Source of the DNA: Camelus dromedarius
Taxonomy: Eukaryota
Length of the DNA stretch: 64,000 bases
NCBI RefSeq assembly: GCF_036321535.1
Contig: NC_087438.1
Coordinates: 10,294,001 to 10,358,000 of the forward strand
Reading direction: 5' to 3'
Part shown: positions 49,833 through 62,679 of the stretch, one piece after another
Layout of the letters: each line of letters starts with the position of its first letter
Position numbering within the stretch: position 1 is the first letter of the stretch
Made by a program: the position numbers and the translations under genes
Notes under the pieces: generated by a model
The model's database searches: none
The model's input: the letters and a program-made list of their open reading frames with translations, nothing else
Told to the model about the DNA's origin: nothing

Positions 49833-52800
49833 GTTTAATCTTTCGTCTTAGTGAGAAGCTAATTTTGAGGCTTTAAGACCTTTAAGAAACATCGGTCTGT
49901 AGCTTCTAGTAAAATGCAGACCAAGTAGAGTTCATATGTTTTAAACAACGTCACTTCACAGTCTTCGTTTTTCTACAGTTCTGACAATGGTGATTCTTCC
50001 AGATTTGGGGGTGTGCAGTTGGTCTGCCCCTCCTGAGAGAATGTCACTATACTCTGTCCCTCTCCAGTTCGTTCCAGTTAATTTTGGAGCATGCTGGTGG
50101 CTCCCACCAGTTGTCTGTGCCCTCTTTATGTTCATCCTGGCACATCCTGGTGACCATCCTCTGGCCGCTGAGGGTTAGTCATCGTGTTGAGCTTAGTAAT
50201 GCCGCGCAGGGCACAGCACTGAGGGGCTCACCTCGGTGATCACAGGCCCAGCCGTGTTCCGGGTCCCTCGGGGCCTGCGTATGACTTTAATGTCACCTTG
50301 GGAAGCAAATGCAAGAATTAGGCTATGGTTTCTCCAGGGATCCAAAGAGAAAGGCAGGGAATTTGCAGATTTTGGCCCAAAGCCGAGGCATCTGCCATCG
50401 TTGCTGGCGAAGCTGCCCGGAGTTCAGAGCATCGCTGGACCAGCCCTGCCGAGCACTCGCGTTCAGGTGGAGGTCTTGCCGGGCTGCCCGTTCACCCATT
50501 GCCAGGGTGTTTCCTAATTGCATGATACATTCAAGTCCTTGAACCTGAGTTGAAAATAAAGTACAACTTTTTTTTTCCAAGTTCATCTATTATATACAGA
50601 GGAGCCCTGGTGAACTTAAGCTACAAATAACATTTGTTCTGAAAGATTGCTTTTCTCGTGTGCCTTTCCCGTGGCGTGTTCTTTACTTCCTGGTGTTCAC
50701 AATTGCAGGCTGGCCGGGAGGAAAGAACTATGTATTTATCACACTTGACTTTGTCCTGAAAAGTGCCTGTGGAAGTCAGGTTTGTGCTTGCTTTAAATGT
50801 AAGTTCCATTTTGTTCCCTGAGCCTTTTCGCTCTGATATTCTGTAACATTCTAGCACCTGAGAGGTTACTCCTGCCCCTCAAAGACCCTCCACTTTACTG
50901 AGAAGATGTTTCTTTGTTGAGTAAAACCTGTTGTGAACTGTTGGTGCATAGACAGGGGCTCAGAACCTTATCCATTTTTCCCTCTTTCCTGAATTTTTAT
51001 TTTTCCTCTAATGCAAGGAAACTCTTGAAGTTTTCTGTTCCCTTGCAGTGTTAGGACTCGGGCGGTGGACGGGGGAAGGGAAAACCCTCCTTTGGGCTCT
51101 TTGACAAACCTCTGCCAGAACCTCCTGTCTGGGTTCCAGTCCAGGAAATCAGGCAGTGACCTGGGGCTCTGTCCAGGAGGGGAGCCTTCGCCAGGTAGTT
51201 GGGCCAACAAGGGACAAGGATCAGAAGCAAGACGCAGCAGCTGCAGGCTGAGAGACTGGTGCCAGCCGGGGAAGCAGGGATCCACTTAGCCCCACGGCCC
51301 CCCTTCTTGCTCTGGTGTGAAAAGGAGTGCGTGTGTTAGATTGTTCACACACTGGCGTGTGCTGGGCCGTGGATGCTGGTTACTCACGGGTGTCTGCTGA
51401 CCCAGTGTCTCATTCTGAGCCCAGTCCGCTTTGAGAGCTGTGCTGGGCTGGAAGGATACACAGGGAGGAGAAGGTGCGGCTCCTTGTGCCGCAGAACTGG
51501 CCCACTTCTTCCAGAGTCACACAAGTGCGGTCTCGCCTCTCACCCACCTCAGAACTCTCAGGCATTAGGGAGTGGTCGCCATCGTCTGTCCCTGGTCACT
51601 TGCTGTTGATCTCTGAAGACTGGCTCTTGAACACCTGTGGTTCTCACTGCTCTGTCCTTCCAGGAGGAGGAATAAACGTGTTTACTAATCTCCGCTTCCA
51701 AAATTTTCTCAGCCCTAATGCCTCAAGTTTTTCACAACTCCCCAGTCCAAGCAACTTAAATTTCCATACATTTCAAATGGAAGAGACACGCCTGTTGAGG
51801 GGAAATGTCTGTTTGTTTGATTGTGAATGATAAGATACTTAAGAATTGAAGCGTGGCTGTGAGTCTTAAGTCCCCAGGCCAGCCATGAGGGGCCCCGTAG
51901 TCCCCGTGAGCACTGCCGGGTCCCAGGTGTCGGGAAGCGTGGCTGGCATTGGCGGGCCGATGGGAGCACTTGCGCTTGGTGAGCGCTGGGCTGCTTTTGT
52001 CGTGCTGTGTCCCCCTGGCTGACGCAGGAGGTGGCAGGAAAGGAACTAAGCGAACAGGAAGTACAATTGCACAGCTCGTTCTTCAAGGAGATACTTCCGG
52101 GGCTGAAACTGGACTCCAGCGCGAACACCGTGTGGTTGAAAACACTCTCCGTTCCACGGGAAAGGCGGGTTTGGGGGGCTGCCGTCGGGCAGCCTTGGTG
52201 TCAGGCGTCTCCTAGTCCCTCTCTGGCTGCCCCCCACAGCGTTTCAGTCGCAGGTGGCGCCCAGATGGCAGGCACATTAAGCAGAAGGTGGATTCAGCTC
52301 ATGGTTTATGGCTCCTGCCACCTGTCACCACATCAGAATCCCTGGGGTCAGGGCCTGGGCATGGAGGTTTCGTGTCTGGGCCCCAGCGGGTCCAGCACGC
52401 AACCGGATCGAGAAGCCCTGGCCCCCACACCCCTGTGTGTGATCCTTGATCGACTGCTGATACAGGATCATGGAATTATCTTTAATCTCTTACAAAATCC
52501 GAGGGATTTTCCCATCCTACTGTCTCACTTGGAAAGCTGTCACTTTTCTCCACTTGCTTAGTCTTGGTCACAGAAAGTAAACAGGAATATCAGGAACGTT
52601 TATACTTTCCACAAGGCCGTGTCAAAATATCCCTGTTTTTGTGCTACCCTGGGCTGAGGAAGTAGGTCAGCTGTCCTCTTTCTTCGCAGCCAGAACCACC
52701 ACACGTGCTAGTGTTTGAGAGTTTAGCGCCGGGGTTCAGGTGCTAACCCAGCAAGCATCCTGGAGCAGTGCAAGGGCCCTGGGCAGGCAGCAGTGCCCAG

Positions 52801-54189
52801 GGTTGGTGGTGATGGGGTGGAAGGTGGTACACATAGCACTGTCTCGGTCAGTAACCTGGGCAGAGGAGTATCTGTGCTTCCTGCCGGGTGCGTGTCTGAA
52901 GTGCATCGTGGCAGTCTTTTGATTGTATTTGCCTTTTTTAAGAGTAAGACAAGAATCCATCATTAGTCTTAAGGAGGCCGTGCCATCGTGCTCACAGCTG
53001 GTTCATTGCATCTGAAAAACTGCCCATGTGACTGTCACGGCACTGCCTGTCGCCTGCGTCTCCACCGCCCAGCTTGGTACAGTTTGAGTTGAATTTGGAA
53101 AGTGGCTTTCAGCCACCACTAAATTGTTTTTTGCTAAAATTCAGCTTTAAGAGAGGACCTTTCAGTGGTAAGAGTGCCGTTTATGGTTGGAGCCTTTAGA
53201 AGAGGTGACGTGTTGAACTTTGGATAGTCTGTGCTTTGTGTCAAGAGGGCCCGAGTTCTGATCCATCTTTGTCTTCAGTGACGTTGCAACCCTGGGCCTG
53301 AGTAGAGTGGAACGAGGTGACCCCTGAGGTCCTCGCCAGCTCTGATGGTTTAAGGCTATGTTTCTTTTGCGGTCTTTCTGAATAAAGGCCAATTCCAAAC
53401 CTCCCCCTTCTCCTTGCACCAATCCCTAATGAGGCGACGGGTGGTTTTTTTGCTAGTTCATTGATATGTTTAGAAGACAATACCCGCTTAGGGACTTACC
53501 CTTAACCTCTCTGAAAGTTGTTTATGGTTATGCAGTTTTTTTCTTTCTAGGATGGCGTAGAGGTCAGTACTTGAAGTTAAAAAGCATGATTTTTTTCACT
53601 CTGAGTTCTTCGTTAGAACAACAAGGGAACAAAAACATGAGAAATAAAATTTCTTGTTTGCTGGTCACTTGGGCCTCAACACCCAGGGGCTTTCATTGAA
53701 CACACCACGCTGACTGAAAACGATGTTCCCGAAATAATCCCCCCCCCCGCTTCCGGTTTCCCACACCAACCGCAGAAAGTGGGCACCGTCGGGATCAGGT
53801 CTCCTTCTTGACCAGACTGGCCGTCGTCATAAAGAGAAGGACTTATCTTTCATAAAAGCAGTGATACGTGATTGTTATCATTGAAGTGGAGCATTTTCTT
53901 TAATCCAAGTTAAAATTAGGAAAGTGAGAGACTTTCATGAGAAACTACCTGAAATGTAGGTTTTTCTCCGGGTGGCCTCCTTGCCTCCCTTGGAGCTCTC
54001 TGCCAAGGTTCTCCTGTCCATCCTTCTCTCTGCCTGAATGTTTGACTCTCCACTGGACTGTCCAGCCAACTTCTTTAAACCTATTATATTCAAATTCCCT
54101 CTCCTACCACCTCCCCAGAAGTGGAAATGGCCCAACGTATCCCCCAGAAGACAGCTAAGATGCTTGAGACTCTCTTCACTGCCCTCCAC

Positions 54190-54740
54190 ATTTTCTTTCT
54201 AACTGTAGTCACATACACATAATGTAGAATTTACCATCGTAACCACTGTGAAGTGCACACGTCAGTGGCATCAGGGACATGCCCACTGTTGTGTCCGTCC
54301 ACCCACAGCTGTCTGCATCTTCCCAACTGAAAAGCTTCCCCACTGAGCACTCACTCCCCACCCCCACCTGCAGCCCCTGCAACCACCGTTCTCCTCTGTC
54401 TCTGTGAACTTGACTCCTCTCTGGACTTCATCAGTGGAATCACACAGTGTTTGTGGTTTTGTGTCTGGCTTACTTCACTTCGCAGAATGTCCTCCAGGTT
54501 CATCCGTGCTGGAACCTGTGTCAGAATTTCTTTCTGTTTTAAGGCTGAATAATATTCCACATATGGATAGGTTACATTCTGTTATCCATTCATCTGCTGA
54601 TGGATGCTGGGGCTGCTTCCACCTTTTGGCTGTTGTGAGTAACGCCAGTAAATCGCTCTTCAGATCACTGCTTTCAGTGCTTTGGGGCGTATATTCAGGA
54701 GTGGAATCGCCGGATCGTATGGTAGTTCTATTTTTACTTT
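54190..54740 (-). mobile_element. L1MB-like 3' end (ORF2 C-terminus remnant + 3'UTR)
   Basis: Minus-strand ORF MEYYSALKQKEILTQVPARMNLEDILRSEVSQ is the typical L1 ORF2-end peptide; aaggctgaataatattcca, ggagtggaatcgccggatcgtatggtagttctattt. Confidence 0.85.
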
Positions 54741-57700
54741 TTCAAGCATGCCCACCACACTTGTTACCTTTGTCTGAATAATACATTTCAAGCATCTTCT
54801 CTTTTCTCCATCACCACGTTGCCTCTTCCCCACCAGATCTCCTGCCTCCCTTCTCACCCTCTTACTGCGGCTGAAACACAAATCTGGTCACACTGTGCGC
54901 CTGTTTGCACCTCTTCAGTGACTTGCTCTTGGTCATAGAATAAAATCCCAGCTTCCTAACACGTCCTCCACAGCCTTGCACCTCTCACTCGTGTGCACGG
55001 GCGCACACACACCCTTTCTCCCCTTGGTGTGGGTCAGCAAGTAACAGGGTGGGAGGGTCTTACCCCCTCGCCCCTACCTGACACTCCTGTCCTTTCTCAT
55101 CAAATAAACAATGAAAAATCCTAAAGGAAAAAAAAACTTAATGTACCCAGTAAGTCTGTGGAGGTGAGGGTGTAATTAACAAGTGCTTCAACACAAGAGC
55201 TAACATCGGGGTAACCTGAGAAGGTCCCTGCGAGATGAGCTCCCGGGACCACTGAAGGTGCAGGAGGAGCCACATAGGAATTTGCGGAAAGTCCGTTAAA
55301 ACATTTTAACAGGAGTGGGGGTGCAGTTATTGTGCTAAACTTATAGCTGTGATGGGGGGAGTACAAGGGACAGAGCCTGTAAACAGCAGGGTTGACGGGG
55401 GACAGAGGGCCTCCTCCCACAGCCGTCGTGGAAAGGGGGACCCTGGGTAGGGGGCTGTCTCAGCAGGGGTGCTCGTGGGTACACGAGTGCAGGTCAGCAT
55501 AATCCATCCTGTCTAGTTAGGTTCTTTTACTTCAAAGATACACAGGGCGTGTGGATACACTCCCTGGGGCCGTTACTCACAGCTGTGTGGAAGGGACACA
55601 CCACTGGTTCCAGGGGTTACTCCTCAGAATCACACATCATTTCTTAGAGTGAGTGACTCTGCCACGGTCCCGGGGCCTGGAGGGTATAAGATCCATGTCT
55701 GAGTCTGGGGTAATGACCACTGGTGCAGCCGCTGTGCGAGTGTAAAATTAGGGTGTTTACCTTAGGGCCTGAGTTGCAGTGTGTCTGAGACCCTGTCGCC
55801 ATCCCTCCAGGGCTGTTGTCCTCACCTGGCCCTTCAGCCTCCTCGTCCCATCCTGTGAAGTGAGGACTCTGCCCCTTTGCTAGTGGCACCCCCCGCCGCC
55901 CGCCCCTCACTCCCGTGTCCCTGGGTCTCATGCCGTACAGATGAGACCAGGTGGCAGGACTCACCAGAGGTTCCAGACAGTGGAAGGGGTGGAGTCGGCA
56001 GCCCCAGGCCCAAGCCACCCTGCCTGGCTTCCCAGCCTGTGCAGTCTTCAGGGTTGAGCTGGGCCCCGGCCCCAGGGTGGACTTTAAAGCTGTTTTCCTG
56101 CTCAGAATACAAGCAGTTACTAAGATTGCTCTCTCTCATCCAGACCACCTTCTCAGTTCCCAGGACAGCATCAGCCCAGCCCAGCAGAGGAGGGGGAGCC
56201 TGGCCTCGCGGGGCCGGGGCCTCGTCCTTTCCCCTCATCACCCCTACCCAGGAAAGCAGCAGCTCTGCGGAGAGTCAGGTGCTTCTCCATCTTCACTAGA
56301 AGCCTGTGTGACCGGAGAGTGAGCTCCAGACCTCCTGCATTTCCCCAAGGATACCGGGGGTGGCTTGATGTAAATCTGTCCAGCCCGAGTATCATCCTTC
56401 TCAAATCATGAAACCCTCTGTCCCAAGGATGCGTCTAAGTCTCTAACTCTTAGGACTGCTTATGGCTTTTAAATGCCCTAATATGTTTTTGGAAAACAGA
56501 AGGCATTAAAAAGGCTTTAGTAACGTTGAAATTTTTTGTTGAATATATTGTGATTCTGGTATATTTGGACATTGGCATAATTACTGCTGTTAATCAGAAA
56601 ACACACCCACCCCGAGCACCAGTGCATAGACCTTTCAAACCTGTGTCTGCCCACACATTCTTTAAATATATATATAAAAGAAGATCTATGTACTTCGAAA
56701 AATTAACTTGGGAAAGAGCACTTTTTAGTCTGTTTGAACAGCTGCTAATGTCAATCCCTGTGGGAAGGAAAACTGAGGAACGTGGAGTTGCACAAGAACA
56801 AAGACTCTGTCCCTCTCTGGAGCCCTGTGGACCCAGGGCCATATGATCAGCCCGAGACTTGTGATTAAGGAGCGTTTTCTGCACAGTGTGTAATTACAGA
56901 GCTGCACAAGTGGGCCATGCCTGTGCTGCATGCTTCACTTTGGAGGTATTTTCATGTTCCAACTTTACAGTAAAGTGTTTATTAAAACAGGAAAAAGGCT
57001 GTGAGCAGGCATTGACACCATCCGTATTAGATGATCACAAAATTATATATATAGCAGAGCTGTAAACAATGAATGAGAAAACCGTCTTCCCACACTTGAT
57101 TTCAGCAGCCATGACACAGTGTTTAGGGAAAGCTATGTAATCGGGAGGAGAGATCACTACGAAAACAGAAGTGCGTCTCATTCAGGGTGACTCATGGCCT
57201 GGCAGGGGCGGCTGCAGGTCCCGGGTGGAGGTGTCTGCTCCCCACCCTTCTGTGGACTCCACTGTTTTAACTGTCTCCTTTCTGTCATATGTTCATATCA
57301 GATTTTGCTGTTTATTAGACAATCCAGGATTTCTCTTTTAAATTTATTCACTCTACTTGGCACCTGCAGAAGCTGTAAGAAATTACATGGCAGTGATGTT
57401 TGGTGAGAGGTCGTTTAAAAGTACCATGTGCTGGGGTTTTCATTAACTGTTTTGAAAATGAATAAATGCTGTACATGGAGGGGAACAATTGTTACATTTC
57501 AGTCCAAGTAAGTGGGTATCTACTAGATTGTGGCTCTGGGGACGTCTGATTATACAACACCCAAGCACCCACAGAGAAGAGTGTGCCAGAAAACCACAGA
57601 AAGAGCGTTTGATTTTTGCTTCTGTGTTCCTTTCTCTGTTCCAAGAAGCATGAGATGATTGGGTGATTATTTTGCGTTCCTAGAGCTAACTTTCCCATCG

Positions 57701-57799
57701 GCAGTTAGATTTGACTGTAGGTCCTGACAGCTGAGCTGCCACGGGCAAGGAGAGGGGGAAATACCCTGGAGACCCTGGCCGATGCTGCAGCAGCGGGCC

Positions 57800-57915
57800 C
57801 TGCAAGCTTCTGAACCACGTATCCCTGGCCAAATCGGACAGAAGCCATGGTACCTACCCCAGAAAAATGTACACAGGTACACAGCTTTTGCATACAACTT
57901 CAGCGACCCCCACAT
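57800..57915. mobile_element. Charlie4z-like hAT fragment
   Basis: gaagccatggtacctaccccagaaaaatgtacac...ttttgcatacaacttcag. Confidence 0.45.
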
Positions 57916-59784
57916 TCAGATCTTCCTTTCTATAGAAGGGAAGAAATGCCAAATTTTAAAACTTATTTTTAGATATTTCATGTGGTTCAAAACTAAGAGG
58001 TATAAACTGAGAAATCTGTTTGCCATAGTCTTGTCATCCGGGTAGAGATCCCATTTTCATTCATTCCCAGCTCCACATCTGATATTCTGTTAGGCACATA
58101 CAGACGTGTATTCACTCCTCCTTTCGTGTTTTTACGTAAAAGGCAGTGTATCTTGCCCCTGACTTTTTCACGCTGCCGTATCTTTTAGAAACTACTTTCG
58201 TACAGAGAGAGGCGGATGCCTCATTCTTTTTCACGGACCTGGAGGACTTCACATGTGCACACAACTCAGGTTATTAACTAGTGTGTGGCGGAGCCCGTGG
58301 GTTGCTTTTGGTCTGCTGCTGCTGTAAGCGGGGTCACAGCCCAACCCTCTGTGTGTCCGTCTTTTCATTCATGTGCAAGGAATTCTGCAGGATTGATGAG
58401 TTGAAGGGTAAATGCATTTGGAAAATAAACTTTTGAAGAAGAATCACCTGAATCATCAATTAACTACATCAGAAAAAAAAATCACAGTAAATGTGCTATT
58501 TAATGACGTTAGCTTTTATGTACTTTTCTCATCTTTATCAGATTTGAGCTATACCGATCACCTGGAGTTCTCTAATTTCATCTTGCACGTTTAGGGAAAA
58601 AATAATTGACCCCTTTGAATAAGGTCACTCTTTAAAATCATTCATATAAATTACATCGTAAGCTTCCAGTGACTCCTGTGAGGTGAGATTTTGATGGACG
58701 TTTTCCCACAGAGCTCTGCAGGGGTGCGTGCAGTGAAATATTAACGTGAACAGTATTTCACCTTTTTTCATGCAGTGTCTGCATTTGTATTACAGACTCA
58801 GTCAAAGGGGTGCAAATTAGGAGTTCGACCCTAAATGTAGAGTGGTGGCAGTTTCAAAGAATGAGTAACTTCCCTCAGCATGTGTATAAAAATAGCTTTT
58901 TGTGGTGCCACTGTTTTGCCTTCCATCCACGCAAGGCTTCATAAGAATCCAGACCACACTGTCACCTGTGAGAAACACACTCACAAGACAGTGCTGGCTG
59001 TAGTTTTTGTAATGGGCTTTAAAGTCTCTGTGTACTCTCTGTATTTTCTAGGATTCAGCTTCTAATTGCAAATATTTCACAATGAATTTTGAAAAATTCT
59101 GTTTTTAAAACCCTCCCCAATCTAACTTTTTTCGTCCTTTACTGACACTCTGAAAGGATTTGGTGGGGGGGTGTGGATGGAGGTCAGTCAGTGGGGTAAA
59201 GAGGCTGACCTTTGAACTCTCACCCCCACAGCTAGCTCTGTCTAGGAGAAGGTTCTGGCTCCTTTCCTGGCATTCGGTGAGGACTAGAGCGGGGCTACCC
59301 TGGAGTCTTCTGAGACACTTCCGTGCTTGGGCCTTCAAGGCGTGTTGTCGTGTGGTCTAACTGGCTGCGGTGCTTTGCACAGCGTGGTCATTCCACAAGG
59401 CTGACTATTCAAGGGCGCTGTCATTTTCCCCCAAAGTTTTCAGCCAAGCTCAGGACAAGGGGACCCAGCGTGTTTATTGTCTGAAGGGCCCTTGCAAACA
59501 TTTGAGAAGATGGTAAATAGGCTCATGCGCCTTGGCTGCGCTGCAAGACAGCTCTGGAATCTCTGTATCCTTCTCCGTTGTCATGCCTGCAGCCCTGTGT
59601 GTTCAGTTGCATCCTTTTCTTCCCCTACCCCTTCTTCTGAGTCTGTGGAACTTTGAACTTACTAGAAGGAAAGAATATTTAAGTTCTGTTCTTAGAGATA
59701 GGTCAGTTTCCTGCTGTCTCAAAACTAATGAGAGCATTTCCGCCTCAGATTATGGAGCAGATGGGTGTCAGTTGGGATGGAGGG

Positions 59785-60170
59785 TGCCTTAGTCATCTCG
59801 GGCGGCCGTAACAAGATCCCACAGGCTGCATGGCGTAAACAACTCTCCTAGTCCTGGAAGCTCGAGGTCCAAGATCAGTGTCGGCAGGGCTGGTTTCTCC
59901 TGAGGCCTCTCTCCTTGGCTTGCAGATGGCCGCCTTCTTGCTTGTCCTCGCGTGCTTCTGCCTCTGTGTGTACCCCCGGGGTTTCTCATGTATCCAGATT
60001 TCCTGTTCTTACAAGGACACCAGTCAGATTAGGACGCACCCTAATAGCTTCGTTGCAACCTGATCACCGTTTCAAGACCCTGTCTACGGATCTGGTTACA
60101 TTCTGAGGTACTGGGGGTTAGGACTTGAACATTATAATTGGGGGGAGGGTGGGCACAATCACCACACAGC
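59785..60170. mobile_element. MaLR solo LTR (MLT1B-like)
   Basis: gtccaagatcagtgtcggcagggctggtttctcctgaggcctctctccttggcttgcagatggccgccttct...ttcttacaaggacaccagtcagatt...acattctgaggtactgggggttaggactt. Confidence 0.88.
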
Positions 60171-60227
60171 AAAGGGACTGCCAGAGCCTCAGGAGAGTAA
60201 CAGCAGTGACAGGAGATATCGAGGGTT

Positions 60228-60435
60228 GGCGATGTGCCAGGCACTGTGCTGCTTCTCTGAACGTTTAATCCTCAAGAGGCCCCGATGGCAACGTATACCA
60301 TTATCATCCCTATCTTGTGGTAAGAACATGGAGACACGGGAATTAACTTGACCAGGCTTGGTAGGTGATGGAAAAGGGGATTCTAAAAGCAGCAGTCAGA
60401 CCTCAGGCTCCAGTTCCCAACCACTGCGCATCTGC
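60228..60435 (-). mobile_element. MIR SINE
   Basis: atgtgccaggcactgtgct...tttaatcctca...attatcatccctat...cagtcagacctcag. Confidence 0.65.
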
Positions 60436-61559
60436 TCCCTTTACACTGACAAGGGAATGATGCTCTGCGTTTACATGTGTGTTCAGCAGCCACGTGCATG
60501 GAAGGAGCCTGTGGTCCGGAGGGAAGCTATAGCCTCTGGAGACTCAGTCGCCCAAGGCAGCCCTCATTTGTGGAAGAGCTGATTACAGAAGCCGCTCTCC
60601 CAGGTCCACCACACGTGAGACCACTTGCCCGCCTGGAACTGAGGTCATTCCTAAGGGCTTCCCATCCCCGCCTCCCGCCACGTCCAGTAGTCACTTCCTC
60701 TGAAAAGAGAAAACCTTCAGAACGTTGACACTGTTTTCAGTTCTGATTTGACATGAGTCTTCTGTTTTCAGTTATGATTTGGTAATTCCCACTGCTTTCC
60801 ATCACCCGAAGGAGCTGCCTTAATGGAAATCTGTCCCTTTTCCTTCTCCTCTTCCTCCTGCTTGAGTCAGGCACAGAACTTGACCCTCAGTGGTGTTGTT
60901 GTGAGTGAATGAATGGAAGAACCAATCATGAGTCAAAACAAAACAAAAAAATTTTAATCAATTTACATCTGGAAGTAAAACTTTTCTGCTCCACAACCCA
61001 TATCCCCCTTCTCCTCCTCAGCTTCTGACCACCCCCCAGCCACCCAAATCAAAATCTGCCCCTTGGCCATCCTTGGAAGAGCTGGGGAGATAAGCTTCCT
61101 GTCAGGTCCACCCTCCCTGGGTGAGCCTGTGTCCTCGCCCTCTGAAGCATCACAGATTCGGGACATGACAGGCAGGTGTGGGCCGCCAGGAGTTGGCGAC
61201 CTTGCTCTAATTTTTTGAGCACTATTGCTTTTGTTAGGATTTTGGGGAATACTCTTGTGGAGTTACCATCTCATATTGCCATTCTGCAAATAATCCACAT
61301 GCTGATGCAAACAGAGTGTCACGTGGTGAGTTACAGTGAAGTGGGAAAAAGGAGTCCTTGAATGTTGGTTTTGTTCAAGTTAGAGAAAAACTCACATCGT
61401 CTGTGAAAAGATAGTAAGTAAAGCAATGAAAAGGAGCCTATCGGATTTTTGGCACCCAGATGAAGGGTCTGAACGCCTCAATAAAGGTGCTTTTGTGGGT
61501 CGGCAACTGTGCCAGAAGGCGGCAGGAAATAACGTGCTGAATGGGGCCCTCAGAAGCAG

Positions 61560-61880
61560 GATTCAGTCCTGCGTCCGCTCCCTCCGGAGCGGGAGGTGTT
61601 ATCTGCGGGGTAGGAAACTGGACAAAACGTCCTCCGAACAGGGGTATCTTTGTGCCTGGAACCTGAGAACCTCCATCCCGGCGGCGCAGCTGTGCTGAGG
61701 CCAGCGCCGTGGGCACGCCGCGCAGAGGGAAGCGGGGCTGGGGCCGGGGGGCAGGTCAGGAGGCAGCCCGGAGCCGCCGTCCGTCCGTCCGTCCGCGGGA
61801 AGGGCTGGTTTGCTCCAGCCCGTCAGCAGCCGCGCCTGCTCCTCCAAGTAGCTGGGTTTCAGGACCAACTGGAACGGAGG
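61560..61880 (+). promoter_or_regulatory. CpG/GC-rich intronic patch, candidate internal promoter/enhancer
   Basis: Local CpG density well above the flanks, a (CGTC)n run at ~61778-61795 and a G4 motif at 61727-61751; not explained by a recognisable repeat. Confidence 0.45.
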
Positions 61881-62679
61881 CAACTACGTTTATCAGGATC
61901 ATTGACAGTGTTTCAAGTCTCAAGGAAACACTGTTATGTTTTAAAGGAAATTATAAATAATGTTCCTAAGAGTTGTGCCGTTGAGTTTCCATCTCAAAAT
62001 GTGGCTGCCGTTGTTTTCCGGATCCCGTCTTTGGCTTATAAGATTTTGAGGACCTTTTCATTCAGCATTAACTAAGTGTCTAATTATTATGTTTGCTTCC
62101 TCTTCAGAAAGTGCTGTAATCTTAATAGAAAGACTTTAGGTCCTTTGGCATCTGAATTTTAATTTTACAAACAGCTTTAAGTATAATTTTAGTCCTGATT
62201 TAATAAAGCACCATTTATTTGTATATAGATCTTCTTCACTGATGTGGGTTTTGTTTTGTTTTGTTTTGTTTTGAGACCTCCTTTGGCAAAAATGATCTTA
62301 TGTTTTTGGACAGATTAATTATAGGCACTAGAATGTTGAGGTTCTCATTTTAAATATTTGAGGAATAATTATCACAAGAAAAACTTACATGAAAAGTGAT
62401 ATTGGAGGTCGTTGATTTTGACCAAATTTCTTCTCAATCAATTTAAATGAAAGTACCTTTATTTTCATGAGAATGATATTGACTAATACAAATTTGCCCA
62501 CGATTGTGCAAAGAATGATTTTTCTGTTTCTTCAGTATATTTTTTTAATAAGTCAAAGATACCTTTATTCACAGGTCATTAATTTGCCTAATATGTTTTT
62601 TCTCCATAGAAGTTCTCTAACTTTGCCTACTTTTCTCTGGTATCTTTTTCACATTCTCAATTTCTTTTTATATAACATA

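Noticed and set aside
52007..52561. 184-aa ORF with a helical-looking start
   Set aside because: No recognisable relation to TRIO or any known family, no ATG start, and no convincing splice boundaries
54351..54560. Minus-strand ORF MEYYSALKQKEIL... as a gene
   Set aside because: L1 ORF2 C-terminal remnant, not a host gene
61460..61540. Short ORF MKGLNASIKVLLWVGNCARRRQEITC beginning MKG like KALRN Duet
   Set aside because: It stops before any donor, and the similarity is limited to three residues
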